The notes under the pieces were generated by a model, which had not been told where the DNA came from, made no database searches, and saw only the letters and a program-made list of their open reading frames with translations. Source: Chthonomonadales bacterium (GTDB lineage: Bacteria > Armatimonadota > Chthonomonadetes > Chthonomonadales > Chthonomonadaceae). Taken from it: a stretch of 11,185 nucleotides of DNA. The stretch is from assembly GCA_038217285.1 (NCBI GenBank), contig JBBQPO010000206.1:1-11185 (forward strand), read 5' to 3'. A program made the position numbers and the translations under genes. This document shows, piece after piece, positions 1-8,399 of the stretch (position 1 is the stretch's first letter; each line of letters starts with the position of its first letter).

Positions 1-441
1 CAGGGGCGTCAGGATTGTCTGATTGAAGACTATCTGCGGCAGGGCCTGTGTATTCAGGAAACCTCCGTCTGTTCGGGGCAGGGTGCGGAGGAGCGTGCCG
101 GTCAGTCCGAGCGCCAGGAGGTTGATGACGACGCCCACGACCACCTGATTGGCCGCAAGTCGCACCACAAAGAAGGCGAAGAGCAGCGCCATCAGCATGC
201 CCGCCACAACGGCGACCAGGACACCTATGTACGGATTGGGCGCCGCTCCAATCGGATGCCCCGGCAGGTAGACGCTCAATACCGTTCCAACGAAGGCGGC
301 GAACGCTCCCGTAAGAATCATGCCTTCGAGGCCGACGTTAACGACGCCAGACCGCTGAACGACGGTCTCCCCAAGCGCTGCCAATAGCAGCGGGGTCGCC
401 AGCGAAATGGTTCCGAGCAGCGCTCCTCCTGCGACCGTCAC
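1..441 (-). CDS. Nucleoside/sugar ABC transporter permease, second subunit (NupQ/YufQ-like, BPD_transp_2); 3' end runs off the window
   Basis: Not in the ORF track; translated by hand from GTG at 441, preceded by GAGGAGGGAG. Reads MTVAGGALLGTISLATPLLLAALGETVVQRSGVVNVGLEGMILTGAFAAF...RLAANQVVVGVVINLLALGLTG..., with no stop down to base 1. The ATPLLLAALGE, SGVVNxGLEGM and ANQVVxG motifs are typical of this family. Confidence 0.93.
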   Translation of the reverse strand, partial: MTVAGGALLGTISLATPLLLAALGETVVQRSGVVNVGLEGMILTGAFAAFVGTVLSVYLPGHPIGAAPNPYIGVLVAVVAGMLMALLFAFFVVRLAANQVVVGVVINLLALGLTGTLLRTLPRTDGGFLNTQALPQIVFNQTILTPL

Positions 442-454
442 GGTCTCCCTCCTC

Positions 455-1576
455 TCACTCCGTTTCAATCCCGGCGCGACGGGCGCGCCATGCCCTGCCG
501 CCTACCACTGCGAGAACCGCTACTCCCTGTACGAGGTAGATCAAAACGGTCGGCACTCCCTGGAACTGCGACAGATTGCGGCAGCCCTGCGTCAACGCAC
601 CGAAGAACAGCGCGGAAAGAAGGGTACCCATGGGACTGAGTCCACCGAGCAGGGCGACGGGAACGGCGGTATAACCCCATCCCGGCGAGAAGTCCGAGGC
701 CGGCAGACTGCCCGTCGAACTGCCAAGGAGCTCGATGACGCCGGCGAGACCGCACAGTCCTCCGGACAGCGCCATCGCCTGAAGGCGCAATCGGTCCACC
801 GGAAACCGGGCCGCGCGTGCCGCCTCGGCGTTCTGGCCCATCACGCGCAGGCCGAAGCCCATCGACGTGCGAAACAGGATGATGGCGACGACCGGCACCA
901 CGAGAAACGCCAGCAACACGCCCACGTGCAGGCTGGTCTGCATGTTGTCCGACCATTGTCGCGGCAGAAGACGGGCAAACAGGATCGTATTCGGCAGGGG
1001 TTCCGACTGCGGATTGTGGTGCGTATGTTCTTGGAGAATCCCGAGCACGAGCCAGCTCACCACGAACCTGGCGACGTAGTTGAGCATGATCGTGCTGATC
1101 ACCTCCTGGACGTTGCGCCGTACACGCAGCCATGCCGCCAGCACGCCCCATCCTGCGCCAGCCAATGTGGCGGCGACGACCATCAACGGTACCAGAAGCG
1201 GTGCGGGCAGGCTGGCACCGAACTTCGCCAGTGCCGTCGCCGCGAGCGCCCCGATGAGCAGCTGGCCTTCGCCTCCTATGCTGAACAGTCCCGCGCGCCA
1301 CGCCACAACCACACCGAGGCCGGTGAGCAGCAACGGAGCGGTTTCGATCAGCGTGTTGGAGAGGGCTGCCAGATGCCCGCTGCGAGCATCCCCGACGGCG
1401 CCTGTCCAGAGGGAGCGAAGCGCCTCCAGCGGCGGGAGGCGCAGGGTGAGAAAAGTCAGGTAGAGCAGGAACAGGAAACCAGTCGCGTAGCCCACGGCTT
1501 GTAGAAGGACGCGAAGTATGCGCGTTGCGAAGGGCGAGACCTTTGCATCGGATTTCGGGAGAGGGAGCGTGTTCAA
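455..1576 (-). CDS. Nucleoside/sugar ABC transporter permease, first subunit (NupP/YufP-like)
   Basis: 373-aa hydrophobic ORF with PLLLTGLG..AGLFSIGGEGQ, EVISTIMLNY, GFGLRVMGQNAEAAR and GYTAVPVALLG motifs. Its TTG start overlaps the ATPase stop (TTGA, 1573-1576); the exact start is less certain. Confidence 0.92.
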   Translation of the reverse strand: MNTLPLPKSDAKVSPFATRILRVLLQAVGYATGFLFLLYLTFLTLRLPPLEALRSLWTGAVGDARSGHLAALSNTLIETAPLLLTGLGVVVAWRAGLFSIGGEGQLLIGALAATALAKFGASLPAPLLVPLMVVAATLAGAGWGVLAAWLRVRRNVQEVISTIMLNYVARFVVSWLVLGILQEHTHHNPQSEPLPNTILFARLLPRQWSDNMQTSLHVGVLLAFLVVPVVAIILFRTSMGFGLRVMGQNAEAARAARFPVDRLRLQAMALSGGLCGLAGVIELLGSSTGSLPASDFSPGWGYTAVPVALLGGLSPMGTLLSALFFGALTQGCRNLSQFQGVPTVLIYLVQGVAVLAVVGGRAWRARRAGIETE

Positions 1577-3183
1577 AAGTTCGACCCAGGTTCTGGTTCC
1601 ACACCCTCCGGCACTCCGCCCAGCAGGAGGCCAAGCTGTGTCTCGTCGGCGACTTGCAGATCTATTTCCGTCAGATTTCCATTCGAGAGAATCGCGGCTC
1701 GGTCCGAAAGAGCGGCCAGTTCATCCAGGTCGGTGGAGATCAATACGATTGCCGCGCCCCGATCTCGGGCCATTCGCAGTTGGGCATGCACGAATCGCGT
1801 TGCGCCGATGTCGAGGCCGCGAGTAGGGTTCATCGCGACGATCAGGTCCGGTTGCCCACGCAGGGCGCGTGCCACCACGATCTTCTGCTGATTTCCGCCT
1901 GAAAGCGCCGACGCCGGCACCTCTGGACCCGTCGTCCGAATATCGAACTCCTCGATTAAGGTTTTTGCCAGAGCGCGGAGCGCACGGCGGCGCAGGAAAG
2001 GGCCCATGCGGAAAGCTGGCTCCGTGACCGCGTCGAAAAGCAGGTTGTCGGAGACGGTCATGGTGGTGGCAAGACCGACCCGCCGCCGGTCCTGCGGAAT
2101 GTAACCAGTGCGCGGCTGTGTACCGGGCTGGAACGGCTGCTCCTCCCACTCTATCTTCTCTGCTATGAGGGGCCGCAGCCCCACCAACGCTTCAGCCAAC
2201 TCCGACTGACCGTTGCCATCGACGCCACCGATCCCTAATATCTCGCCTCGCCCGACCGAGAAGGAAACGTCGTGCAGGATCTGCTCACCCCGGTCTGCCT
2301 GCACACCGATTCCCGTGCAACGGAGTGCAGGCGAAAGTGGTGCGCGTGTACATACGACCGACCTGATAGGGGAGACGGGTGGAGCGCCGGTCACGGCTGG
2401 ACCGATCATCCAGGCGGCGAGTTGGCTGGCATCCGTCTCCGCTACGAGAACGGAAGCGACACGTCGACCTCGTCTGAGAACCGTCACTCGATCCGCGACC
2501 GCCAGAATCTCCGCGAGTTTGTGCGCGATGAGAAGAACGGTTTTTCCTGCATCTCGCAGGCGGCGCATTACGACGAACAACTCGTCGACTTCACTGCGCG
2601 ACAGCACCGCTGTCGGCTCATCGAAAATGAGCAGGCGAGCCTCCGTCGCCAGCGCTTTTACGATCTCGACCCGCTGTTGTGTCCCGACAGAGAGTTCGGA
2701 GACTCGTGTGTCGGCGGGCAGATTCCAGCCCAGCGTCCGCGCATAGTCAAGAGCCCCGCCCGCAACTTCCCCAGCACGATAGGGACGAACTCCCTGCCAT
2801 CCCTTCGGCGGGGTGTCCAGCGCCAGGTTCTCCGCGACCGTAAAGGCGGGAACGAGGGTGAAGTGCTGGTGTACCATAGCGATGCCGTGGCGGCGGGCAT
2901 CACGCGGGGAGTTTAGGGGGGCTCGTTCTCCGTCCAGGAGGATCTCGCCTGCGTCGGGCCGTGTCAACCCTGCCAGTATCTGCATCAGGGTAGACTTTCC
3001 AGCCCCATTTTCTCCCAGCAACGCATGCACTTCCCCTGCCTGGGCGTCAAAGTCGACGCCATCCAGCGCGACTGTCCCGCCATACCGTTTTCGGATGCCC
3101 TGCATGACGAGTCGGACCGCCAACCGAGAGCCGACAGGCGAGGGGGACGCTCGGTGCGTCGCGCCCTCGGCTGAAGAGTGCAT
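1573..3183 (-). CDS. ABC transporter ATP-binding protein with two fused nucleotide-binding domains (CUT2 family, NupO/YufO-like)
   Basis: NBD1: Walker A GENGAGKS, MVHQHF, LLIFDEPT, LIAHKL. NBD2: degenerate Walker A GVDGNGQS, signature LSGGNQQK, NPTRGLD. The ATG overlaps the upstream stop (TAATG at 3183). Confidence 0.95.
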   Translation of the reverse strand: MHSSAEGATHRASPSPVGSRLAVRLVMQGIRKRYGGTVALDGVDFDAQAGEVHALLGENGAGKSTLMQILAGLTRPDAGEILLDGERAPLNSPRDARRHGIAMVHQHFTLVPAFTVAENLALDTPPKGWQGVRPYRAGEVAGGALDYARTLGWNLPADTRVSELSVGTQQRVEIVKALATEARLLIFDEPTAVLSRSEVDELFVVMRRLRDAGKTVLLIAHKLAEILAVADRVTVLRRGRRVASVLVAETDASQLAAWMIGPAVTGAPPVSPIRSVVCTRAPLSPALRCTGIGVQADRGEQILHDVSFSVGRGEILGIGGVDGNGQSELAEALVGLRPLIAEKIEWEEQPFQPGTQPRTGYIPQDRRRVGLATTMTVSDNLLFDAVTEPAFRMGPFLRRRALRALAKTLIEEFDIRTTGPEVPASALSGGNQQKIVVARALRGQPDLIVAMNPTRGLDIGATRFVHAQLRMARDRGAAIVLISTDLDELAALSDRAAILSNGNLTEIDLQVADETQLGLLLGGVPEGVEPEPGSNF

Positions 3184-4262
3184 TACGATTTGTCCCTGGG
3201 AACGCTGAAGCTGCCGGAAATAATATTCTTCTGAGTCTCCAACAGCCTTGTCTGTATCTCCTGGGGGATGCTCGCCTTGAGCTTCGGGTTGATAACGAAG
3301 TCGATAACTCCCTCTTTCATCCCATACGGTTTGTCGCTTGGCTTGAGAGTGCCTGCCTTTGCCTCTTTCGCGATGGCGACGAACGCCTTATCGGAATAGA
3401 TGGGTGCGCTGGCAAGAATTACGTCGGGAGCACTGGCGTTCTGGTCGCTGTTGGTGCCAAGGGCATAGACCGTCTTCCCGGTCTTCGCGCGCTCCTGGAC
3501 CGCGTTGAACACGCCTTGCGCCGCCGAATCGACGTCTTGCATAATGACGTCCGCGCCCTGGTCCAGCAGCGCGAGCGTCGTCTGCTTCGCCTTGCCGACA
3601 TCGTCCCAACTGCCTGTGTAGACGGGCGGCAGCACGATGATATCCGATTTGACGGACTTCGCGCCCGCCGCGAACGCCTTGAAGATACTTTTGAGCGGTA
3701 CGCTCTCTTCGGCTCCGACGGAGGCGATTTTACCCGATTTGCTCATCGCCGCCGCGACCATGCCTTCCAGATAGGCGCCATCCTCCAACTGAAACACAAT
3801 CGGCATGGTGTTTTTGCCGACCAGTCGTCCGGAAGAGATCACAAACATGGTCTGCGGGAAGTCGCCTTCCATCTTGAGCGCTGAAGCTTCGTACTCCGAA
3901 CCGTGTCCGAAAACGAGATTGTACTTTTTTGTGGCAAAAGCCCGGAGGCTCTTCTCCTGGTCACCCGCCGCCGTCTGCTTTTCGATAGACGAAGCGTCTT
4001 CGTCGCTGAGACTCAGGCTCGATTTCACCGCCTGGAATGCTTTCAATGCGCCAGCATTCCAGCCTCCATCGGAACTGGATCCCGACATCACCAGCCCGAC
4101 CTTAAAACTCCCCGCCGAGGCTGCCGTAGGCGCGGAAGCATCACCGGCTTTCGGCGCGGTCGAGCCGTTCTCATTATCAGGGCGTCCGCATCCGGCGATG
4201 GCCAATCCAGCGGCGGCGACGGCAGCAAGCAGGGACACAGTGGGGTTTCGATGGAAGCGCAT
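3183..4262 (-). CDS. BMP-family (PnrA/TmpC/NupN-like) substrate-binding lipoprotein, probably for purine nucleosides
   Basis: Signal peptide with lipobox IAG-C25. Motifs DGGWN, LVFGHGSEY, GAYLEGMVAAAMSKSGKI, YTGSWDDVGKAK, GADVI. RBS AGGAGAG upstream; first gene of the ABC cluster. Confidence 0.93.
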   Translation of the reverse strand: MRFHRNPTVSLLAAVAAAGLAIAGCGRPDNENGSTAPKAGDASAPTAASAGSFKVGLVMSGSSSDGGWNAGALKAFQAVKSSLSLSDEDASSIEKQTAAGDQEKSLRAFATKKYNLVFGHGSEYEASALKMEGDFPQTMFVISSGRLVGKNTMPIVFQLEDGAYLEGMVAAAMSKSGKIASVGAEESVPLKSIFKAFAAGAKSVKSDIIVLPPVYTGSWDDVGKAKQTTLALLDQGADVIMQDVDSAAQGVFNAVQERAKTGKTVYALGTNSDQNASAPDVILASAPIYSDKAFVAIAKEAKAGTLKPSDKPYGMKEGVIDFVINPKLKASIPQEIQTRLLETQKNIISGSFSVPRDKS

Positions 4263-4310
4263 ACTCTCTCCTGTGGCGAAGCAGTGAATACATTACTCTA
4301 CGATGATATT

Positions 4311-4341
4311 TTGTACGTTTGCTGCACGAAACGTTCGGTGC
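4311..4341. promoter_or_regulatory. Putative LacI-family operator(s) upstream of the ABC transporter
   Basis: Imperfect palindrome GCAC-GA-AACGTT-CG-GTGC (4324-4341, 14 of 18 positions symmetric). An adjacent half-site reads GCAAACGT on the minus strand (4315-4322). A central AAxCGxTT-like core is characteristic of LacI/PurR/RbsR operators. Confidence 0.45.
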
Positions 4342-4376
4342 GGAAATAATACCCCGTCTCCTGCGAAAACCGTGCG

Positions 4377-5414
4377 TTACGCGGCCGAGGATTTAACGGC
4401 GTCCGGCTCGGCGATGGCGTGGAGGAGGTAGTCCGGCGGCTCTTTGTGAGGCCAGGCGAATGCATGCCGAAAGGCAGCGTCCTGACAGCGACGCAGTGTC
4501 GAAAAGTCGATGATGTCTTGAGAGAGCAGGTTCTCATATTCGAACGGCAGGCGGACATTGTGCAGGCCGGGATTGTCCGTGCAGATCGCGATATCGACTT
4601 CCGCCTTCTCGCAGCGGTCGAAGACCGTGCGCAAAGTCGTCAGATCGCTGAGCGTGCCCGTCTTAAGGTAGGACGTGGGACAGACTTCGAGGCACTGACC
4701 ACGCTCTGCCAAGAGAGGCAGCAGATCGGGCCGATGCAGGGGGATCTGAATTCCGTGTCCTATACGATCGAGGTAGGGGAGCAATTCGGGATAGCTGCCG
4801 TTCGCCGTCTCGAACAGGTGACACGTTGTCTTCAGGCCGGACGCGCGGGCGTACTGGAACAGGTCGATAAGGTCGTCCATTCGGTCCCTGTAGAGCGGGT
4901 CTGGGCCGCTTAAGTCGATGCCGCAGACACTGTCCGATTCCGAGGCCGCGAGATCGACAATCGCCCGATTGATGTGCGTGGGCAGGCGGCTGTGCATGCA
5001 GAGGATCTGCCGGAGCCTGACCGGATACTCGTCCTGGTGACCGGCGTCGCGGATGATCCGCACGACCTCCCGCATCTGACGTATGCGCTCGGCTTCGGGT
5101 CGCTCCGCATCGGTACGATAGTACGGGGTATAGCGGAGTTCTAGGTAGATAATACCCTCGAAGATAAAGGCTCCCCGAACCAGCTTGGTGACGAAGTAGG
5201 GCAGGGTATCGAGCCTCTGAACGCCCTCCACGAGCGTGTGCAACTCTAGAAACTCCGTCAGGCTGGCGCGGGGGTAGGTCACGAACGCCTCGAACGATTC
5301 ATAGTCCGGATATTTTTCGGCGAGGGGATGGCCCTGGCGTTTAAGGAACCGCCAAAATATGCGCGGCACCACCGCCCCTCCGAGGTGCCGATGCAGTTCC
5401 GCATGCAGAGGCAT
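4377..5414 (-). CDS. add: Adenosine deaminase family protein (amidohydrolase superfamily); exact substrate uncertain
   Basis: 345 aa with ELHRHLGG (metal HxH), YLELRYTP, GIDLSG, TCHLFE (His/Glu), RIGHG, LEVCPTS and TDNPG. RBS AAGGAG lies in the 10-bp gap after ccmF. Confidence 0.88.
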   Translation of the reverse strand: MPLHAELHRHLGGAVVPRIFWRFLKRQGHPLAEKYPDYESFEAFVTYPRASLTEFLELHTLVEGVQRLDTLPYFVTKLVRGAFIFEGIIYLELRYTPYYRTDAERPEAERIRQMREVVRIIRDAGHQDEYPVRLRQILCMHSRLPTHINRAIVDLAASESDSVCGIDLSGPDPLYRDRMDDLIDLFQYARASGLKTTCHLFETANGSYPELLPYLDRIGHGIQIPLHRPDLLPLLAERGQCLEVCPTSYLKTGTLSDLTTLRTVFDRCEKAEVDIAICTDNPGLHNVRLPFEYENLLSQDIIDFSTLRRCQDAAFRHAFAWPHKEPPDYLLHAIAEPDAVKSSAA

Positions 5415-5424
5415 AAAACTCCTT

Positions 5425-7980
5425 CTATTTCGAATCCGGCGCGGTAGGCATCTCCCAGGTGTTGGTGTCGATGCGTGGCCCGATATTTTCGTCCGTCAGT
5501 TTGCGGGCTTCCAGAGCGCGCCGTACCATCGCCAGCAGAATACCGCTGACCGCGATGAGAACCCCGATCCATACCAGGTTGACCCACGGCTTGTAGGTGG
5601 CGACCATCGGAACGGCCCAGGCACCGTTGTAACCCGGAAGGCTTATGCGGATCGTGGCGGCTTTCGTCACCGGATCGATGTGGTCAAGGATAGCGACGGA
5701 CGGATTACCGTTGTCGTCTTTAATCTCGGGGATCGCTTCATTGACGGGTGTCATAGCGCCCATATCCATGCGAAAGGCGGGTTTGGCTTCGACGATCTTT
5801 TTGTCAGGCGTCAGGATAACCAGATGGGCGCCCATTAACTTGCCTGGCTCACCGAATGTGTCGAAATAGCCGACCACATAGTTGCCGAGTTGACGGCGTT
5901 CGCCCTTCTGGAGCAGGATGCCAGGTCGCTCTTTATTCGGATCATCCGTGGGCCAGCGGAAGCTGGCGCTGTCGGCCAGAGTGATGTAGAGGTCGTGCCC
6001 AAAGTATTTCTGGATGGCGGGCCAGAAGGTGTGTTTGATTTCGCTTTCGTCCGCGACTCGCAGATCCGTCGCGAACCAGAGTGGCTCCATGACGAACGTC
6101 TTCGTAGCGCCGTCGGTCGGTGTTTCGCCGTTAGGCGGGGTCACGCGCACCCGAACACCGTTTTTGCGGTCATAATCGGGATTGAGCGGCCGGGCTTCGA
6201 GGGGTGTGCCCGTCATTCGCTCATAATTGAACTGATAGCCGAATGCCTCTTTTGGCCCCATACCCTCCATGAGAGTGAAGTTGACGCTGCGCTCATAGGT
6301 GTTAGAGACGATGACCCCAATCATGAGGATACCGATGCCGACATGCGCCAGCCATCCACCTGCCGCGAGTGGCTTGGAACGAAAGACCTTGTAGACGAGC
6401 ATCGAATTGGACAGTGCAGCGAGGAATCCGAGGCAACAGAGAGTTACGACGGCCATGCGCTGCAAGATCACGTTTTTGCCCCAGGCGGCCCAGGTTGCGG
6501 TGATCGCAGGGTCGGACATATCCGCGACTGCCATCCATTCGCGCTCTGCAGAAAGGGTCCAGGCGATCATGAAGAAGCCGAAGACGATCATCAGAATCCA
6601 GGGAATGAGCAGTTTGCCAAGAAACTTATCGGTGTCCGTCTTGCGCCATGCCAACCAAGGCACGACACCCATAAAGAAGGCCGTGAGGATCGTGATGGGA
6701 AGCAGAGGCTTGTTATAAAAGACCGCCTCCGGCGCCATCGCTTTACGGTGTATGAGCGTCAGGCTGATCGGAGCCGTCGTACCAAGCATCACGATGAGGC
6801 AGGCGACGACCATCAGCACGACCGCCATAAAGAATGCAAAATCGCGGGAGACCAGCGAATCGCCCAGCGTCTTGCGACCGGGAATGGTGCGAAAGCGCCA
6901 GAGCCAGAGTCCCAGCCCACTGATTCCGTACAACGCCATCATCGCGACCATCAGGTTCTTACTGGCCAAATCGATGCTGACGAATGAATGGACGGAAAAG
7001 TCTTTTAGGATTCCGGACCGTGTCAGGAAGGTGCCCAAAAGGAATAGCCAGAAGGCGAAGATGGCCAGGAAGGTGTTGGTGCGGCCCATTCCTCCGCGGC
7101 TCTTCTGTACCACCAGTCCGTGGACGAGCGCGGTGATCGCCAGCCAGGGGAAAAACGAAGCGTTCTCAACGGGATCCCAGGCCCAGAAACCGTGCCACCC
7201 CTGCGTTTCGTACGCCCAGTAGCCGCCCATGAAGAGTCCGATACCTAGGGTGGCGCAGGTCAGGAGCGCGTAGGGCATGACGCGTGGCGTCCAGCCATCG
7301 TAGTCTTTCCAGATAAGCGAGGCCACGGCGTAGGCGAAAGGCACGGCGAGTGAGGCGAACCCGAAAAAGATAGTCGGTGGGTGAATGGTCATCCAGTAGT
7401 TTTGGAGGGACGCGTTCAGGCCCGTACCATCCGGAGGCGGATACTGCCAGGCCGTATTATGCAGGAAATCGGCCGCGGAGGGCAGAGGGACAAGATGGAA
7501 CGGCGTCTGTTTGACCAGTATAGCGCAGAGGAACGCGATAATCGATATATAGAACGGCATCACGCGGGCTTCGTATTTGCCCGCTTTGGCGAACACCATG
7601 AAGCCGATAATCGCGACCCAGCAGGCCCATAGCAGGAAGCTGCCCTCCTGGCCTGCCCACGACGCGGCGACGCGCAGCCAGTGGTGCAGGAAGTCGGGCT
7701 GTATCAGGTCGCGTCCGGTCTCTTTGAAGGCGTAGTCGAAGCGAAAGTCCATGCCGTAGACGCGGGACATGAGAATTCCCATCGTTGCCAGCACGCTTAG
7801 GGCGGTCGCGGCATAGAGACTGCGAGCGATCCGGATCGCCCGTTTGTCGCCCGGTCGCTTGAGGGCGAGGGCATAAGCGATGATCGCGAGTACGGCGAAG
7901 ATCAGTCCGAACCACGTCGTCGCCTTACCGGTGTTGGCGATCATCTGCGCCTCGTGCTGGAGGTGCAAGTACTTCTCCAT
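5425..7980 (-). CDS. ccmF: Cytochrome c-type biogenesis protein CcmF (holocytochrome c synthase), long form
   Basis: WAGQEGSFLLW, IHPP, WWD domain GGYWAYETQGWHGFWAWDPVENAS, ALVHG, GTFLTRSG, SVHSF, WLAHVG, C-terminal KPWVNLVWIG. The four conserved His positions can be placed. Its ATG overlaps the ccmE stop (TAATG). Confidence 0.96.
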   Translation of the reverse strand: MEKYLHLQHEAQMIANTGKATTWFGLIFAVLAIIAYALALKRPGDKRAIRIARSLYAATALSVLATMGILMSRVYGMDFRFDYAFKETGRDLIQPDFLHHWLRVAASWAGQEGSFLLWACWVAIIGFMVFAKAGKYEARVMPFYISIIAFLCAILVKQTPFHLVPLPSAADFLHNTAWQYPPPDGTGLNASLQNYWMTIHPPTIFFGFASLAVPFAYAVASLIWKDYDGWTPRVMPYALLTCATLGIGLFMGGYWAYETQGWHGFWAWDPVENASFFPWLAITALVHGLVVQKSRGGMGRTNTFLAIFAFWLFLLGTFLTRSGILKDFSVHSFVSIDLASKNLMVAMMALYGISGLGLWLWRFRTIPGRKTLGDSLVSRDFAFFMAVVLMVVACLIVMLGTTAPISLTLIHRKAMAPEAVFYNKPLLPITILTAFFMGVVPWLAWRKTDTDKFLGKLLIPWILMIVFGFFMIAWTLSAEREWMAVADMSDPAITATWAAWGKNVILQRMAVVTLCCLGFLAALSNSMLVYKVFRSKPLAAGGWLAHVGIGILMIGVIVSNTYERSVNFTLMEGMGPKEAFGYQFNYERMTGTPLEARPLNPDYDRKNGVRVRVTPPNGETPTDGATKTFVMEPLWFATDLRVADESEIKHTFWPAIQKYFGHDLYITLADSASFRWPTDDPNKERPGILLQKGERRQLGNYVVGYFDTFGEPGKLMGAHLVILTPDKKIVEAKPAFRMDMGAMTPVNEAIPEIKDDNGNPSVAILDHIDPVTKAATIRISLPGYNGAWAVPMVATYKPWVNLVWIGVLIAVSGILLAMVRRALEARKLTDENIGPRIDTNTWEMPTAPDSK

Positions 7981-8399
7981 TAAATCGTTTCCTTAGCAGA
8001 TGCCGTTTTTTTGTACGGCGTTTTGTTGTCGTCGTATTTCGACGGGCATTTCACAACGAGCGAGTCGGACATGAAGACTTCCTGCCCCGACGCGTCTTTG
8101 CCGATCATGCCATGGGCGGCGGTCTCTTTCGCGGTATCAAACGATTCCGGCTTCGCGCCATGATAGATGACTTCGATCTTCGCGCCTTTGTCGTCCTGAA
8201 TGGAGAAGCGCAGCGCATGGATCTGATCGTCGTAATGGGCAGTCTCGTGGAGGATGGCGCCGCGAACCTGGACGGTGGCGTCGGCTTTGCGCGCCCCAGC
8301 GATGTCGGTGTAGGGGGTCATCGTGTCTTTGAAGCTCCACAGGGTGAAACCCATTGCCACGCTGATCACCAGCAATCCGATGATATAAGCTTTATTCAT
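7980..8399 (-). CDS. ccmE: Heme chaperone CcmE, cysteine (CxxxY) variant
   Basis: N-terminal membrane anchor, VQVRG, LRFSIQD, VIYHGAKPESF, and C-terminal VVKCPSKY. Lies between ccmD and ccmF. Confidence 0.95.
   Translation of the reverse strand: MNKAYIIGLLVISVAMGFTLWSFKDTMTPYTDIAGARKADATVQVRGAILHETAHYDDQIHALRFSIQDDKGAKIEVIYHGAKPESFDTAKETAAHGMIGKDASGQEVFMSDSLVVKCPSKYDDNKTPYKKTASAKETI

Noticed and set aside
407..1504. 365-aa plus-strand ORF (and the 389-aa alternative minus frame 465-1634)
   Set aside because: They overlap a permease with clear family motifs and have Arg/His/Gln-rich shadow composition typical of off-frame reading of GC-rich membrane-protein genes.
1573..2300. Degenerate Walker A/B in the second ATPase domain as a sign of pseudogenisation
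   Set aside because: This is the normal pattern for two-domain CUT2-family ATPases, and the frame is intact.
4298..4558. 86-aa minus-strand ORF extending into the deaminase-lipoprotein gap
   Set aside because: Mostly an out-of-frame overlap of the deaminase 3' end, with no recognisable motif.
4377..5414. Deaminase as an anti-phage effector (RADAR RdrB type)
   Set aside because: It has normal single-domain size, no adjacent RdrA-like ATPase, and a housekeeping neighbourhood next to a nucleoside importer.
5890..6987. 365-aa plus-strand ORF antisense to ccmF
   Set aside because: Shadow ORF with no recognisable motif, entirely within ccmF. The same applies to the other short overlapping ORFs in the track.
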